DNA of 64,000 nt from Negaprion brevirostris (taxonomy: Eukaryota). Below, in pieces: positions 26,440 to 39,869 of this stretch (position 1 is the stretch's first letter; each line of letters opens with the position of its first letter). The notes beneath the pieces are model-generated. The model saw only the letters and a program-made list of their open reading frames with translations, was not told the origin of the DNA and ran no database searches. Made by a program: the position numbers and the translations under genes. The stretch is taken from contig JARDVH010000149.1 of the NCBI GenBank assembly GCA_030324005.1, positions 21,486,036 to 21,550,035 of the forward strand, given 5' to 3'.

Positions 26440-27985
26440 AACATATAAACTAGGAGCAGATCTAGGCCATTCAGCCCTTCATGCCTGCTCTGCTATTCTT
26501 AGTAATCATGGCTGATCATCAAATTCAAGATCCTTATCCTGTCTCCTCCCCCAATATTCCTTGATCTGTTTAGCCCCAAGAGTTAGACCTAATTTCTTCT
26601 TGAAATCAGACAAGATTTTGGCCTCAACTACTTTCTGTGGTAGTGAATTCCACACATTCACCAACCTCTGGGTGAAGAAATTTCTCCTCACCTCAGTTCT
26701 AAAGGGTTTACCCCTATCCTCAAACTATGTTCCCTTCTTCTAGACTCCCCTGCCATTGGGAACATTCTTGCTGAATCTACCCTGTGTAACCTGGTTAGAA
26801 TTTTATAAGTTTCTATGAGATCCCCTCTCACTCTTCGTAAGTCCAGTTAATATAATCCTAACTGACTCAATCTCTCCTTATTTGACAGACCTGCCATCCC
26901 AGGAATCAGCGTGGTAAACCTTGGCTGTATTCTCTCTATGGCAAAGACATCCTTCCTCAGATAAGGACACCAAAACTGCACACAATACTCCAGGCGTGGC
27001 CTCATCAGTGCCCTATACAATTTGCAGCAAAACATTCCTTTCCCTGTACTCAAATCCTCTTGCTCTGCATCTGCCATGCATATGCCCACCCAGCCTGTCC
27101 AAATCACGCTGAAGCATCTCTGCATCCTCCTCACAGCTCAGCTTCCCACTCAACTTTGTATCATCTGCAAATTTGGAGATAATACATTCAGTTCCCTCTT
27201 CCAAATCATTAGTATGTAATGTGAATAGTTGGAGTCCTAGCACAGATCCCTCTGGAACCCTACTTGTCACCAACTACCAATCAGAAGAATACTTATGCCA
27301 ACTTAGCTTTCTATTCATCTCAAGGGGTTGCCTGCAATTCCATGTGCTTTAAATTTACATAGTATTCTATTATGTCGAAAGCCTTCTGAAAGTCTAAAAC
27401 AAACCACAGCCACTGGTTCTGCTCGGTCAACTCCATTAGTTACATCCTCCAAGAATTCCAGTAGATTCGTCAAGTATGATTTCCCTTTTGTAAATCCATG
27501 CTGAGTTTGTTTGATTATACCACTGCCTTCCAAATGCTGAGTTATGAAATCCTTGGTAATGAACTCTTGCAACTTCCCCAGTACATGTTAGGCTCACGGG
27601 TCTATCATTCCCTGTTTTCTCTCTACCTCCCTTTTTAAATAGAGGGTTTACATTAGCTACCCTCCGATCTGTAGGAATCAGTNNNNNNNNNNNNNNNNNN
27701 NNNNNNNNNNNNNNNNNNNNNNNNNNNNNNNNNNNNNNNNNNNNNNNNNNNNNNNNNNNNNNNNNNNNNNNNNNNNNNNNNNNNNNNNNNNNNNNNNNNN
27801 NNNNNNNNNNNNNNNNNNNNNNNNNNNNTAATGTTGATTTACTTTAGCTCCTCACTAAGACTTGTTTCTCTCAAAACTTCTGGTACGTTATTCATGTCTT
27901 CCTTTGTGAAGTCTGAAGCAAAGTACGAATTTAATTTTCCAACCATTTCTTTATTTCTCATTATGAATTCTCCTGTTTCTGATTG
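26440..27985 (-). mobile_element. 5'-truncated CR1 (HER1-like) LINE, same family as 12210-13750, spans a gap
   Basis: Minus-strand ORFs give QHGFTKGKSYLTNLLEFLEDVT, VPEGSVLGLQLF, ISKFADDTKL, MRPRLEYCVQFWCPYLRKD and RNFFTQRLVNVWNSLP. The 3' tail ...CTGCTCCTAGTTTATATGTT is at ~26440. Confidence 0.95.
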
Positions 27986-28199
27986 TCGGGTACAATGTAC
28001 GGGTCAGCCCCAAAGTTTTTCGCCTGCTGGCCTAAGTGGAACCAGCTGGTTTTAAACCTCCTGCTGTTCCTTCCCTATTGGGTGAGCCTCCACTCACCTA
28101 GTCGGGGAGCTCATATTCTATGAGATCCACTGGGAGATCTATTGACCATCCCCCGTGGCCATCATAACACACTTGGAGTTCAATATCAGACAACACTTT

Positions 28200-28400
28200 A
28201 GTTTGTTACTGCTTTGTAATAACCTCAGGCCATTCCTTCATTGTCACGGGGTCAAAATCCTGGAATTTGTTCTTAATGGCACATGGAATGCAACAGTTCC
28301 AGAAGGTGGCTCACGACCATCTTCTTAAGTGTAACCCAACATGGGTAATAAATACTGGCCTTGCTAGGGATGTCCAAATTACATAAATGAATTTTTTAAA
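28200..28400 (+). mobile_element. 3' tail fragment of the same LINE family as 7480-8180
   Basis: GGGTCAAAATCCTGGAAT...CAGAAGGTGGCTCACGACCATCTTCTTAAG...TAATAAATACTGGCC is homologous to the reverse complement of 7480-7620. Confidence 0.65.
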
Positions 28401-31400
28401 ATGTTTATCATGACAGATCTGATTATGGTAATTTGCTTAACAGCACAATACAGTACAGTATGTGACTGTATTCTTTATGGGTGAACTTAGTTTTCAATCA
28501 TAAAATGATGCAAAGTCTTCCAATGTGTGGAACACAGTGTGCACACAGCCCATTTTTAGATATTCTAGGTGGCTACTTAAAACAAGCATTTGTTCCTTAG
28601 CTCATTGTCAAGGTCAATTAGGGGTGGACAATAAATGCTGTACCTGTTAGTGATGTTTGCATCCTGTGAACGAAAATCACAAAAAAATGAATGAACTACT
28701 TAATGCTTCTTCAAAATTTGTTACTTGCAAGTGGGGCAGGCGTTGCGCCTGTCCTATACAGGATTCTTCCCCTGCAACAATGAAATGAAAGTATGTTTAT
28801 GTGCTTTGAAAGTGATAAATGCTTCCCCCTAACTCCATAGTCGTTGCAATTTACCTTCTCCCCACCCTGCAACCACCCCCCCCTCTCTGAATCTTAACAA
28901 ATAGCTGCTGCCAGCAAGGCAAGCTTTGTGAAAGTGACTTTCTCGTTGGAAAATTGCCTGGCGAATAGGTGGCTGGTACTGGCAGCCCATCCCCAAATAT
29001 GGTTCAGGTACAATGGGGGCAGACAGAAATCTATCCTCTGGTGTTTATGGAGATACTGGATCTGTACTTAGCTTGTCCTCAGTAATGAGGCATGTGCAGT
29101 CTTTGGTCCATTACAGAAGCTATTGGAGCTGGAAGAGTTTCTCACAAAAGTTCCCAATTCCATAAAACCTGACTCTTAATAATTTCCTAACCCCTTTTGA
29201 AAAGTAGTAATTTAGTGCAGATCTCAATATATTTTCTTTTCCAATGTAATAATTCAAATCTATATGCTTATTCCAGTGAACTGGCCACTGGAAAATTACG
29301 TGAACCCAGCAACCTGTATGCTTTTCCATACATAATTTATTTTTAAGAGCCAAAAAGCAAGTTTTGAAATTGGGCATGCTCTTAATATAATTTATTTCAA
29401 AATATTGTTTGACATATTGGTTTTAGCATAACTTAGTAAGGCTTATTTTGTGACCGACTGTCAGTTTTTCATAAACAACGTACTTTCTTCGTTGCTTCTT
29501 AAAATACAATCTTCGCTATTGACAGAAGTGTAAACTTGGTAAGCAGTGAAATTGCACAATCTTACCTTAGATTGAAAATGCTAGGTCGTCAGCTGCCTAG
29601 TTCTTGAGAAGTTAAAAATTATGCAAGCAGTCATGAGCCAGAGGTGCCCTTGAGGGTTTTACTCTCTGAATTTCCAACAGTTGCACTTCGTTAGGAGCCT
29701 GGTGGTGTTTAATAAGGAGGTTGGACTGCTGGCACCTCCACTGCTTATTTGTTCTCGGAGGGCTCCAGGGCTGCTGCAGTAAGCAGATCGGCCAGAGCTG
29801 ATCATTACAAGGGCATACGCTGCCATGAATAAAAATGTCACAGGATTTCTGTCCTAAGCAGTGGAAAATGTCATTCCTGTCAAACAGATATTACAGGACT
29901 AGTGTGTAGTCAGTACAAATTGGTTAGTTGCATGTTTCCTGAGTTTTTGACATTCATAGATTAAGTCTGAAGAAAAAACAATGTTGACCTATTTATCTGT
30001 TATTGCTGATGTATATTTTTTTTTGCATGAAAAAGCATTTGTCAACTACTAATTAAAAATATTTCTATAAAAAGTGAAGTAAGGTGATTTGTTCATGCTG
30101 ACAGCAAGTATTTGACTAACCAATACAAGTGGGATATTGCAGGTGCTTTCTGTAATATCCCATACGTAGATAATGATACATTGATAATGAGGTTTTTTTT
30201 TAATGGCTCACAGTTTGTCCAGCCAGGCCCAGCTTTTTACCTTCTCTGTGACTAGCTGAAGGCAAAGAAATCTATACAATTTTTAAGTTAATTGATAAAG
30301 GTATCTTTGTCACTTGTTCTGTGCAGGCTGCTATTTTAGGTGCTGGACTTAATGAAGTAAATCATCTTGAGATACACTTGACACTTCATCCTCTGTTTCC
30401 TCTGGAAACATACATACCTCCCACTGACTGAGCTTAAATGAGAAAAAGCAAAAGCTGAATACTCATGGTCATCTTCTGAGCTCATGGATAGTGTATAAGC
30501 AGATTGAAGTTAAACGAGGGGGAAGAAAAGAAAGTGTCAAAGCAAATATGATGCTACCAAAAATTGCAAGCTAATAGGAGAGAACAAAGTGCATGCAATT
30601 TGTTTTCTTAGAACCGGTTCTGATTGGATTCTTTGATTATATTGTCAATGTGTGCAGGCTGTTAACACTGGCTACTGATGAGATAAATGGTGAATATCGT
30701 GCAAACTCACCTCATGGCTCTGCTTGTTTCGTTGATCTAAGTCAGCCAGCGTAATAGGAGGCAATGTAACTTTTGCATTTAAGTTCCTGTTTTGGTTGAA
30801 CTAAATTCTAACAATAAGAAAAACATTAACCATCCTTTCTGGATGTTGACCATCTAATATTTTTGATGTTTTTTCTCTCTATTTATTAACAGTAAGGTTT
30901 GGTCTCCAACAATTAAATTGGAGCTGTGCTATTTTTTGTCTTTGGGAAGATTGTTCGCAAGATCGGATGTTTGAGTTTCTGACCGTGGAGATCAGATGAT
31001 TTTTCTTCTATTGATAGGTGCTTGTTTCTGTGACATAAATCGATAAATTTCACCTCCTGGCCAGTCAGGGAAACCGGAAAAACAAAGCTAATCACTGGTG
31101 AATTTTTGCTGGAGTGGGACATCTAATGTCATTAGCTGTTAGATTGTCTTACCCTCCCTTATTTAAATGTGCAAATTTTTTGTGTGACATGTTTCTGAAA
31201 GTGAGAACTGATAATTCTTAAGGAAACTAGGGCATCTTGAACTGAGTGAATAGCACAAGCAACTGTGAATCTCCTTAACTAGTTACATTGAGGAATTGTG
31301 AAATTAGCACTGCGTGGACCAAAAGGGAGATGTGAAATAGAATGCATGAATTTGATGTCAAATCAAGTACAGAAAAAACAATGAATAGAGGGGGAAAAAA

Positions 31401-32809
31401 AGAGAGAGGGAAAAAAGAGACAAGGTTTTAGTGTAAATTTTGCATTTTTAAAATCAACAACAATCAAACACTGAAGGAATATGACTCCATAAAAGTTTAT
31501 GTTAGCATCAGAACAGTTAGCTGGCAGTCATTAATACCTATCACACAGTTAAAATGGTAATTAGATTGGGATGGGCAAGATGTAACTTACAGTGGCAAGG
31601 TTACATCTATCTATTGTGCAAATACAACCATTTTCATGCATCTCAATGGTGAACATTTAGATATTCGAATTGATCCACACATATACTTCAGACCCAAAGT
31701 TGCTCAATAATTTCTCCATAAATAGCAGCAAGTGCCATGAACTGCCTGTTATTTTCACAAGAATTGAGCCACGAATGTNNNNNNNNNNNNNNNNNNNNNN
31801 NNNNNNNNNNNNNNNNNNNNNNNNNNNNNNNNNNNNNNNNNNNNNNNNNNNNNNNNNNNNNNNNNNNNNNNNNNNNNNNNNNNNNNNNNNNNNNNNNNNN
31901 NNNNNNNNNNNNNNNNNNNNNNNNNNNNNNNNNNNNNNNNNNNNNNNNNNNNNNNNNNNNNNNNNNNNNNNNNNNNNNNNNNNNNNNNNNNNNNNNNNNN
32001 NNNNNNNNNNNNNNNNNNNNNNNNNNNNNNNNNNNNNNNNNNNNNNNNNNNNNNNNNNNNNNNNNNNNNNNNNNNNNNNNNNNNNNNNNNNCCCTTTGTT
32101 GCATGTTGTACCTCCCTGCCTTGTTGGGTTTTCTTCAGTTTTCGCATTTCTGGGATGTTTTCCCACTGGCATTTTGTTTCATTATTTTTGGTTTGGCATG
32201 CAAACATACAAGAAACAGAACAGAAAGATTACTATGTAATCTGTTAGGAATATAAAACAACCAGAGGGAAAAATTATTGCTAACTCAGGAAAAATATTGG
32301 AAAATTCCTCTCATTCCAGAGGCAGTCAAGCAAAGTGGCAGGAGATGTAGTAGCCTATACCATGGCTTTGGTTAACCAGTACTTATCCTCAATAATTGAA
32401 AATGCCCTCTTGGCATGCAAACCTGTCAAGTTTCCTTATAATGTCACACTGTACAGGGGTTGGGCATGGGTGGTTTTGAATGAACTACATAATTGAAATG
32501 AGGGACATGAGTTCCTGAAGCTACATTTGCTGGGTCATTTTGGTCAAGTCTGTCAGTGCCCAGGGACATACATTTATTGACTCCCTCCACATTGTATCTT
32601 GGACATGTGAAAGGAAAAATGTTTTTGTCACCTCCAGTTTACTGATTTAATCACTAATGCCCTTGTATTCAGCTGACACCGGGTGGTTTTTAGCTCTAAA
32701 AGAGCCAACTTGCCTTGGTGCAATTCCTGCAGGAAGAGTCCTAAATTTCCAGTTTCAGGAGGAACATTGTTGCCCATCTCCACAGTGCTTTTCTAAGCAG
32801 TTATACACT

Positions 32810-33085
32810 GTGAGTGGCAGTGATGAAGTGGTATTGTCACTGGACTAGAAACTCAGGGTAATGCTCTGGGAACCTGGGTTCAAATCCCACTACATTTAAA
32901 TTCAATAAAAATCTGGAATTAGGAGTTCAGTGATGACCACGATGATTGTCGTGAAAACCCATCTGGTTTTAACCATCTAATGTCCTTTCGGGAAAAAATC
33001 TGCCATCCTTACCTGGTCTGGCCTATGTGTGACCTCAGAACTACAGACTGTCCTTTGAAAGGGCCTGGCAAGCCACTCAGTTCAG
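32810..33085 (+). mobile_element. Second tRNA-derived SINE family
   Basis: A-box-like TGAAGTGGTATTGTCACTGG and B box GGTTCAAATCC, with a body unrelated to HE1. Degraded reverse copies appear near 42340-42580 and 51290-51490. Confidence 0.7.
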
Positions 33086-34974
33086 CGGGTAATTTGAGCT
33101 ATAATCCTGTTCAAGGGAAATGCGTTCCCATTGTGATGCAGCACACCACCTGTGCTACTACCACTTGCTCCACCAATTTTACAGAAATCATTAAATTACG
33201 GCTATATTATTGTAAAGTAAATACATTTAATTGGTTGGGAGTCACACCACTGAGTTGCCAGCATCTAAAAAGATGTGTCAGGTGGATGCCAGATACTTTC
33301 CAATGGAGTGAAAAGTAAAATTAGAGACTAATGCATGTTGGACAGTCAAGTACACTTCTACTGGGTAACAGGTTGCAACAGGTGTGTAAGTTGCTTGCAT
33401 TCTGTGAAGGAGCATTAGCAAGAGGAATACAGAGAATAGCCGAAAGACCTCAAAGACATCTGAAGAAATTATAAAGGAACTGTAAAAGTAATCTGGATAA
33501 GCATTCTCCTTTAGTATTATTTCTCACATCTCTGCTTCCTAAAATATAAGTCACTTTCATTAAATTAAAAGCTTGTTTACAGTGAATATAAACTCTATTT
33601 TGATATCAAAATCTGTGTATAATTTGTCATAGTTACTTGATGTCTTAGTATTATTCTGTGCTTCTAAACAAATAATGCACATTGCTGAACAAATTAAACT
33701 TCAAGTGTCTAAATTTCTTTTGACTGTTGTATTGACAGGCATAATGGAGTAAAAAGCAGGGTAGATCTATGACATATAGCTGAATTTAATTTTCATTGTT
33801 CCAGAAATTTGAATGATCTGAAATGCAGTCTTGACTTTTGTTTTAATATAACACACTTCAGTGAGTCTCTTTGCTATTAGGGCTGTTATTTGGCACCACT
33901 GCAGTGACCGTGATGCACAGACTGAGGCAGATTACTAATAAACCCTTACAAGCATCACTAAAAATAGACTTTTTTTCTTCAGGTTTTATTGGTAAGCTGC
34001 TCATTGTAACAATTAATTAAAATGTTTCTTGAAATGTATGACATGGTATCATTTCTGTCATGTAAATGTAATAAATGATTCTTTGCATATTTCTAATACT
34101 GAGTTTATAAACCAGAATAAAGCCTATAGAATCGCAGAGCCTCGGGGTCATTTGCAGAGACGGAACTAAGGGAAAAAAAACTTATTAGCAATTTCATACC
34201 CAAAATATAGCCTTGTCCTCGAAGGGTTTTATTAAATCCAGATGAAATCTGACCCTGTGCAGTTTGTGGATGAAGTCCCAAAGCATTGCTGGGGGGCGGG
34301 GGTGGGAAATAAATCTCAGACCATTCTTCCAATAAACTTATGCTTCATTTCCTGTTAGGTTCAATGATTGTGTGAAAATGATATTTCCACCTGTTTGTGT
34401 TCAAGACTCCCTGGATTGTTTTGCAACATAGAAGGTTATTAATATTTGTGAACATTGAAGAACACATTTTAATTTGGGAAAATTGGAACTATACATTCTT
34501 GGGAAGAAAGGTCTCATCTTTTCGTTAAGCGACATAGTTTATTCTTCCAGTGACCTTGGATAATTAAATTGACGATCTATTTTGAGATTCCATTTTGAAT
34601 TTATTTTCATCTTTAACTGGCTTGTTTTTAGCCCAAGCTATTTGGAGAGGTACTGGGTTAAAGAATTTGCTTTAAAAAAAAATGTACAAATCAAATGAAT
34701 AATAATTATGCAGTATTGGGAAAATGTACTCCTGGTCGCAGTATTGGTTAGGATTTAATGATCTCTGATTTAAGGGAATGTTTGTTGCAATAATTTATAT
34801 TTTGTCGGTATTTGTTTTCATTCTCCCATGACAAACTCTTAATGTACTGGAATACAGTAGCTGTGTTTGCTCTTGAAATGGAATAACTTTTATTATGTAG
34901 GTAAACAGACCAATAACATCTCTCAAACAGCATTGGAATGATTGCGTCTTTAGTGGTACCTGCCAGAAGCCTAA

Positions 34975-35170
34975 TATTGGCCTGGATATTGGGAGAGGTT
35001 CTTGTTGTATAGCTAGTACTGCAGATTCTTTAACCTACATCTGAACAGACAGACCTCATTTTTCTTTGCTATCTGTGTGACTGCATTTTGACAATGCAGC
35101 CCTTTCCAGCACTGGTACGGACTTTAAGGTCAGGCTGCAGTTGGATGAGGTTCTACTTCTAGCTCATGAT
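34975..35170 (-). mobile_element. Degraded Deu-domain SINE (SacSINE1/AmnSINE1-like)
   Basis: GATTCTTTAACCTACATCTGAACAGACAGACCTC...GACAATGCAGCCCTTTCCAGCACTG resembles the reverse complement of the recalled Deu core; highly diverged. Confidence 0.4.
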
Positions 35171-36754
35171 CAGTGCCCGAAGTTTCATTGACACAAGATG
35201 TGGCATAACTTGGAAATCAGGTCAGTGATCTGACCCTCACGTGTACTCACATGCTGTGTACGATAATGGATACCTGGTGTGAAACCATATTTTAAAAGTT
35301 TTCACTTAGCTCACTGGTCCGCCTGGTGACATTCGTTAAACTCAAATTATTCAGGCTGGACTTGCATTAATAATCAGTTGTCTAGAAAGTAAAACTGTAC
35401 TGTTTACTTTTAGCAATAACTTGAGTTAAACCTGCTGCACAAGCTCCTCATAGCATTATAGCTTGGATTCACCTTACAACAGTCACCTTTTTCACAGATT
35501 CCATTATTTTAGCTATATAACTGAGAACACAATCAGAATTCGGAGTAAGTATGTGTCCCAATGACTGTTTAATTACCCTGTTGCAGTTCAGGAAACTCAT
35601 CCTTTTCCCTGTTAAGGGGCATGGGATAGGAATGCACTTCTTGCATTCATTTTGTTGGCCTTGGGTTTGACAAATAATTGCATGATGTAGCAGGGGAAAA
35701 AACACTTCAACATGGGAAGCTGCTAAAAGTGGAAACTGTTTTGAACAAAGTGAAAAGAAATGGGTCAAGTGTGTCCACATTAAATAGTAGCCAAGGACCA
35801 AGTGGAGAAGAAAGAAGTGAGTGTGAATTGTACATGATTGGAAAGATTGATCCATGTTATCTTTGTGAAGGTGGAGAAAATACAGTTCCTGCATTCTTTA
35901 TCGTTGATGCTAAGCATCTTAAAACGAGACCATATTTTAGAGGAAGACTACATCAATTTTCTTACGTAAAACCTTCTGCTCCCCCTAGATGAAGTGCTCA
36001 GCTATTGTAAACACAGTCGAACGGTCTGGCTAAATCTAGTAAAACTCATCAATGAGGAACAATAAACTCCAAGTATCTTAAGAGTGTATTTCAGCTTGAG
36101 TAATTTTATTATGGAAAACCAGCATGTGCTAATACAGTATAGCTCCCAGCTTTCCTCGTATGAATATGGGATGTACTGGATGTCATCCCCAGTAATGAAA
36201 CACAGTGACATTACAATTGACAAGCCAAGCTGAATATCACAGAAATAGAACAAAATTCAAATAAATTCAGTTCAGGAAAGTTTCAATCTTTATTTGCACA
36301 AAACCAAATAGATTTAAATCATGATGTCTGCAGGAGCTACTTAATTTGATGAATACTGTACTCGTGATTTGAATAAAAATAATTGTGGTGCTCTGCAGCT
36401 TTACATGGAAGTGACACATTTTACAAAATTATGTATATGTATGTAAGGATTTCCACTGTGGGTTTTGACTGTTTGGTTTTTTATTCTTTTCTCTTACTCC
36501 ATAATTAAAAATAATGCCTTTTTGAAAGTTGGTGCAGGATAAATTATTTTAAAATATGTATAAGTTTGTTAAAGCGAGAGCCTATTGTGTCAGATCAAAT
36601 TCTTGGTATGAATACACGTATTTGAGATAATGAACTCTCAACATGAGCAAATTTCAAACCTGTATTATTTTGTAAGTTGCTTGCATGTTTGTTTTTATTT
36701 TAATTGAATTGAAGATGCTTCTGTTCTGATGTTTAAGTTTCCACTTTGATACAG

Positions 36755-36814
36755 CCAGAGAGAGTCCCTCCACCTCGCCCTCCTCCTCCAAAGATAAACA
36801 GTGCTACTTTGCCC
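36755..36814 (+). CDS. DENND1A: DENND1A proline-rich cassette exon (PERVPPPRPPPPKINSATLP)
   Basis: acag|CCAGAG...TTGCCC|gtgagt; 60 nt, phase 0-0, no stop, in the phase-0 intron after VHFGQ. Resembles a recalled alternative mammalian exon (..RPTRPPPKIQRSRP). Confidence 0.8.
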
Positions 36815-39800
36815 GTGAGTAGACAGAAGTTGTGTGTCTCTTTAATTATGTTTAACACCACCTAAGTTGCTTTGCTGACTCTACTTACCCTTTTCTTCAG
36901 TTTGTGCTCTTTGGTCTTGTAGCAAGGGATTGGATCTTTGCTCAATTTTCTCTCAGATAGGTGTGAAACTTTGCTTCTTTCTTTGTCCAGTTCCTAATTC
37001 TTCTTGTGTTTGGTGTTGATTGTGATTGGCATTAGGATAGAGCCATGGCAGAAATATTGCTCACTTCAGTTGACTCAAGAATCCTGGGTAACACCAGTGC
37101 AACTGATATGGAACACTTTAATGCCTGGATATCAGTCTCTAACCTCAACTGCATGCTTGGATTTGGCAGTTTGTGTTTAAACGCAGGAAACATGCGTGTT
37201 GTCCATGCTCAGAGGTGGCCTAACCTTTTCACTGGGCTAATTGCATATTTATAATCTACAATATTCATAAGGTATGTAGTCTTCTTAAATAGCCCCACGC
37301 TGCTGTATGCATGAGGTTCATTTCAAGGGGTATTTTGTAGGGGTGTTTTTGCAAGTATTCTGAGATGTTTTCCCATTTCTCAATGTTCAGAGCTTTTGGA
37401 AAGTTAGTTCTGTGACTTGACCAGTACATTGTTGAAGTGAATTCTGCACATTCGAATGACTACAACAGAAGAAATGCAGTCGATGTGGTGACGTAGTGTG
37501 TTACTAATCAAACAAAACATTGTCTGAGTAACATGACATACGTTGACAATGATTCCTCCACTCAGAAGCTCCTATCTCAGTCACGATAGACAGTGGAGGC
37601 TAAATTCCTCCTCATAGGGAAGAAAGGAAAATCAGTTTATTACAGGATGGTGAAATCAGAGTGTGGAAACAGGTCATCGATCAGCTTTTTGAACTACTTA
37701 AGATTTAAAATACAGAAATAACTTGATCCCAATATATAAATGATTGTGAATTGGAATTGTGTGCATTATTACACTATTCAAATGCTAGACATACAAGTAA
37801 ATTAAGAAAATATTGTTCATTTCAACATGCTCTGTTGTCTTTGAGAAGTTTTTATGGTTTATCATTTGGATGCAGAAAAATCCAACTCACTGAAATATCA
37901 TTCTTCAGACATTTTAGCCAATTGAAATATGTAGATGGAAGCAAATCCAAAGTGGCATAGAAGAAAATTATAGACAAAGCAAATTCAAAGTGGCATGGAA
38001 GGAAATTATAGACAATCATGTCAATAATTTTCATCATTGATTTCATCTTTTATACTGTAACCCACTTTAGAATTATCCTGCCTTTGAGGATCATTAAGGA
38101 ATGTGTGATGCTCAGCAAGGAAGTCACAAGCAGTGAGCTGAATTTGTGCTAACCCATTAGCTGTAGCAATAGGGAACCAACCATATTAGCTGACTGGAAT
38201 AGGGACATGTTTGACCCTGTGCCCCGGGCTCTGCAATTTGCTCTTAATCCAAAGGACCAAAAGGACAGTTGCATAAATATTAGCTGAGATTTGATTTGAA
38301 AAGAAAAGCAAAAGCCAAAATGGTATCAATTAAAGAAATGAAAATTAATGGACTCCTGTCCTTTGTATAAGAGTCGTCATTATCATTGATTTTTACTATT
38401 TGCTCCAGTGTCTCAGCCAGCAGTGGATTCTGCACATTCTGCCAACCCTCACTTGCACATCGCAGCAGGGCAAATGTCATGCTTCTGCAGTACCATCACA
38501 TCAACATATATAAAACCATTCTGATTTATTAGGTAAGGTATAGTGGGATGGAATGTGTGACACCTGCTCAGGTATGGTACCAAGTTTAATTTCAAACAGG
38601 TATAAACAGCTGACTTTGTGCATTATATCAGAAGGTCTGAAAATTTAAAATATGTAACGGTATGATAGGCCTTTGATTCATCATGAGAGGAAAGAGAGCC
38701 TTCTTTCCACAGAAGTCCATTTAACATTTTACCTTTCAGTCACGTCACCAGAAATGGCTCACAACCTCATTGCACCCAGATCTTTTTGAGTTCTGTTTCT
38801 GCATTCATGTGCCTGCCACGTCCCACTAATAACTCTGCTGTTTCACACATGCTTTTAGTAAACGCTGTAGTGGCAGTACTGAGATTTGGAATTAAAATTG
38901 AACAAGATGAGCAGGAACAATCACAGTCATTCCTTGTTGATATAAACATTACATTCACTTTCCTTACACCAACTTGGCTGCTGCAAACATAAAGTCAATT
39001 CGTTATACCAACTCTGAGTCACCTAATATGGTTATATTAGAATATAGTCTACCTGTTAGTAAAACAACTTTTTTTTAAAACTGCAACCTCACTTTATTAA
39101 AATGAGTGCAGGGTGTGATGTGGAATTTTTTCAGTTTGATATTAATACCAATGAAAATCATGTGAATTAATCATAAAGATATCTTGCAGCACTTAATATG
39201 GTGCACACAGCAACCCTCCAGTGTCATTTCAGGAATAGTCAAAGGTTCTCTTCCTCTATAGTTTCATTTCTTACTGACATGTCCCCTTTTATAAGTAAAA
39301 TTAATTTTTTTTTAAGTATAAAGATGTTCATGTTGCACCTTATCAACATTTAAGGAGTCCTTGGAATAAATTAAATCTAACCATATGATGTGTTACTGAG
39401 TCAGAAAGGACTTATTGTTCATTAATGTTGGCACCACATAAACTCAGTGAGGTATAGAGCTGCATTATGTAGTGCAACACCCTACACAAGTTAAATCATT
39501 AACATCGTATTTAAAAAAATCAGTGATATTTATTTTCATACTTTGAAACAAAAAGGTCAGTGTTTTGTGATTATAGATTTAATAATAGTTAATCTCTGCA
39601 AATTTTGAATCTTTTCTAAGTACAAATTTGTTATGTAAAAGTGCCGTGCTATTATGTTGCTGCATGCATCATAGTTGCTGCTATTTTGAACATAAGCTTG
39701 AATTTTATGTTTAATGATTAAATGTGAGCAGTTGGGTCTAAAGCAAATTCAGCTTTGCCCAGTTGGATTTGTCAGGTTCAGAACACTGTAGGGAATCTGC

Positions 39801-39869
39801 TTTTTTTTCTGACTTTCCACTGTAGTCCCTTTAGGCTATGGCTCCAATCCTTTTTTGCATTTCTCCCCA

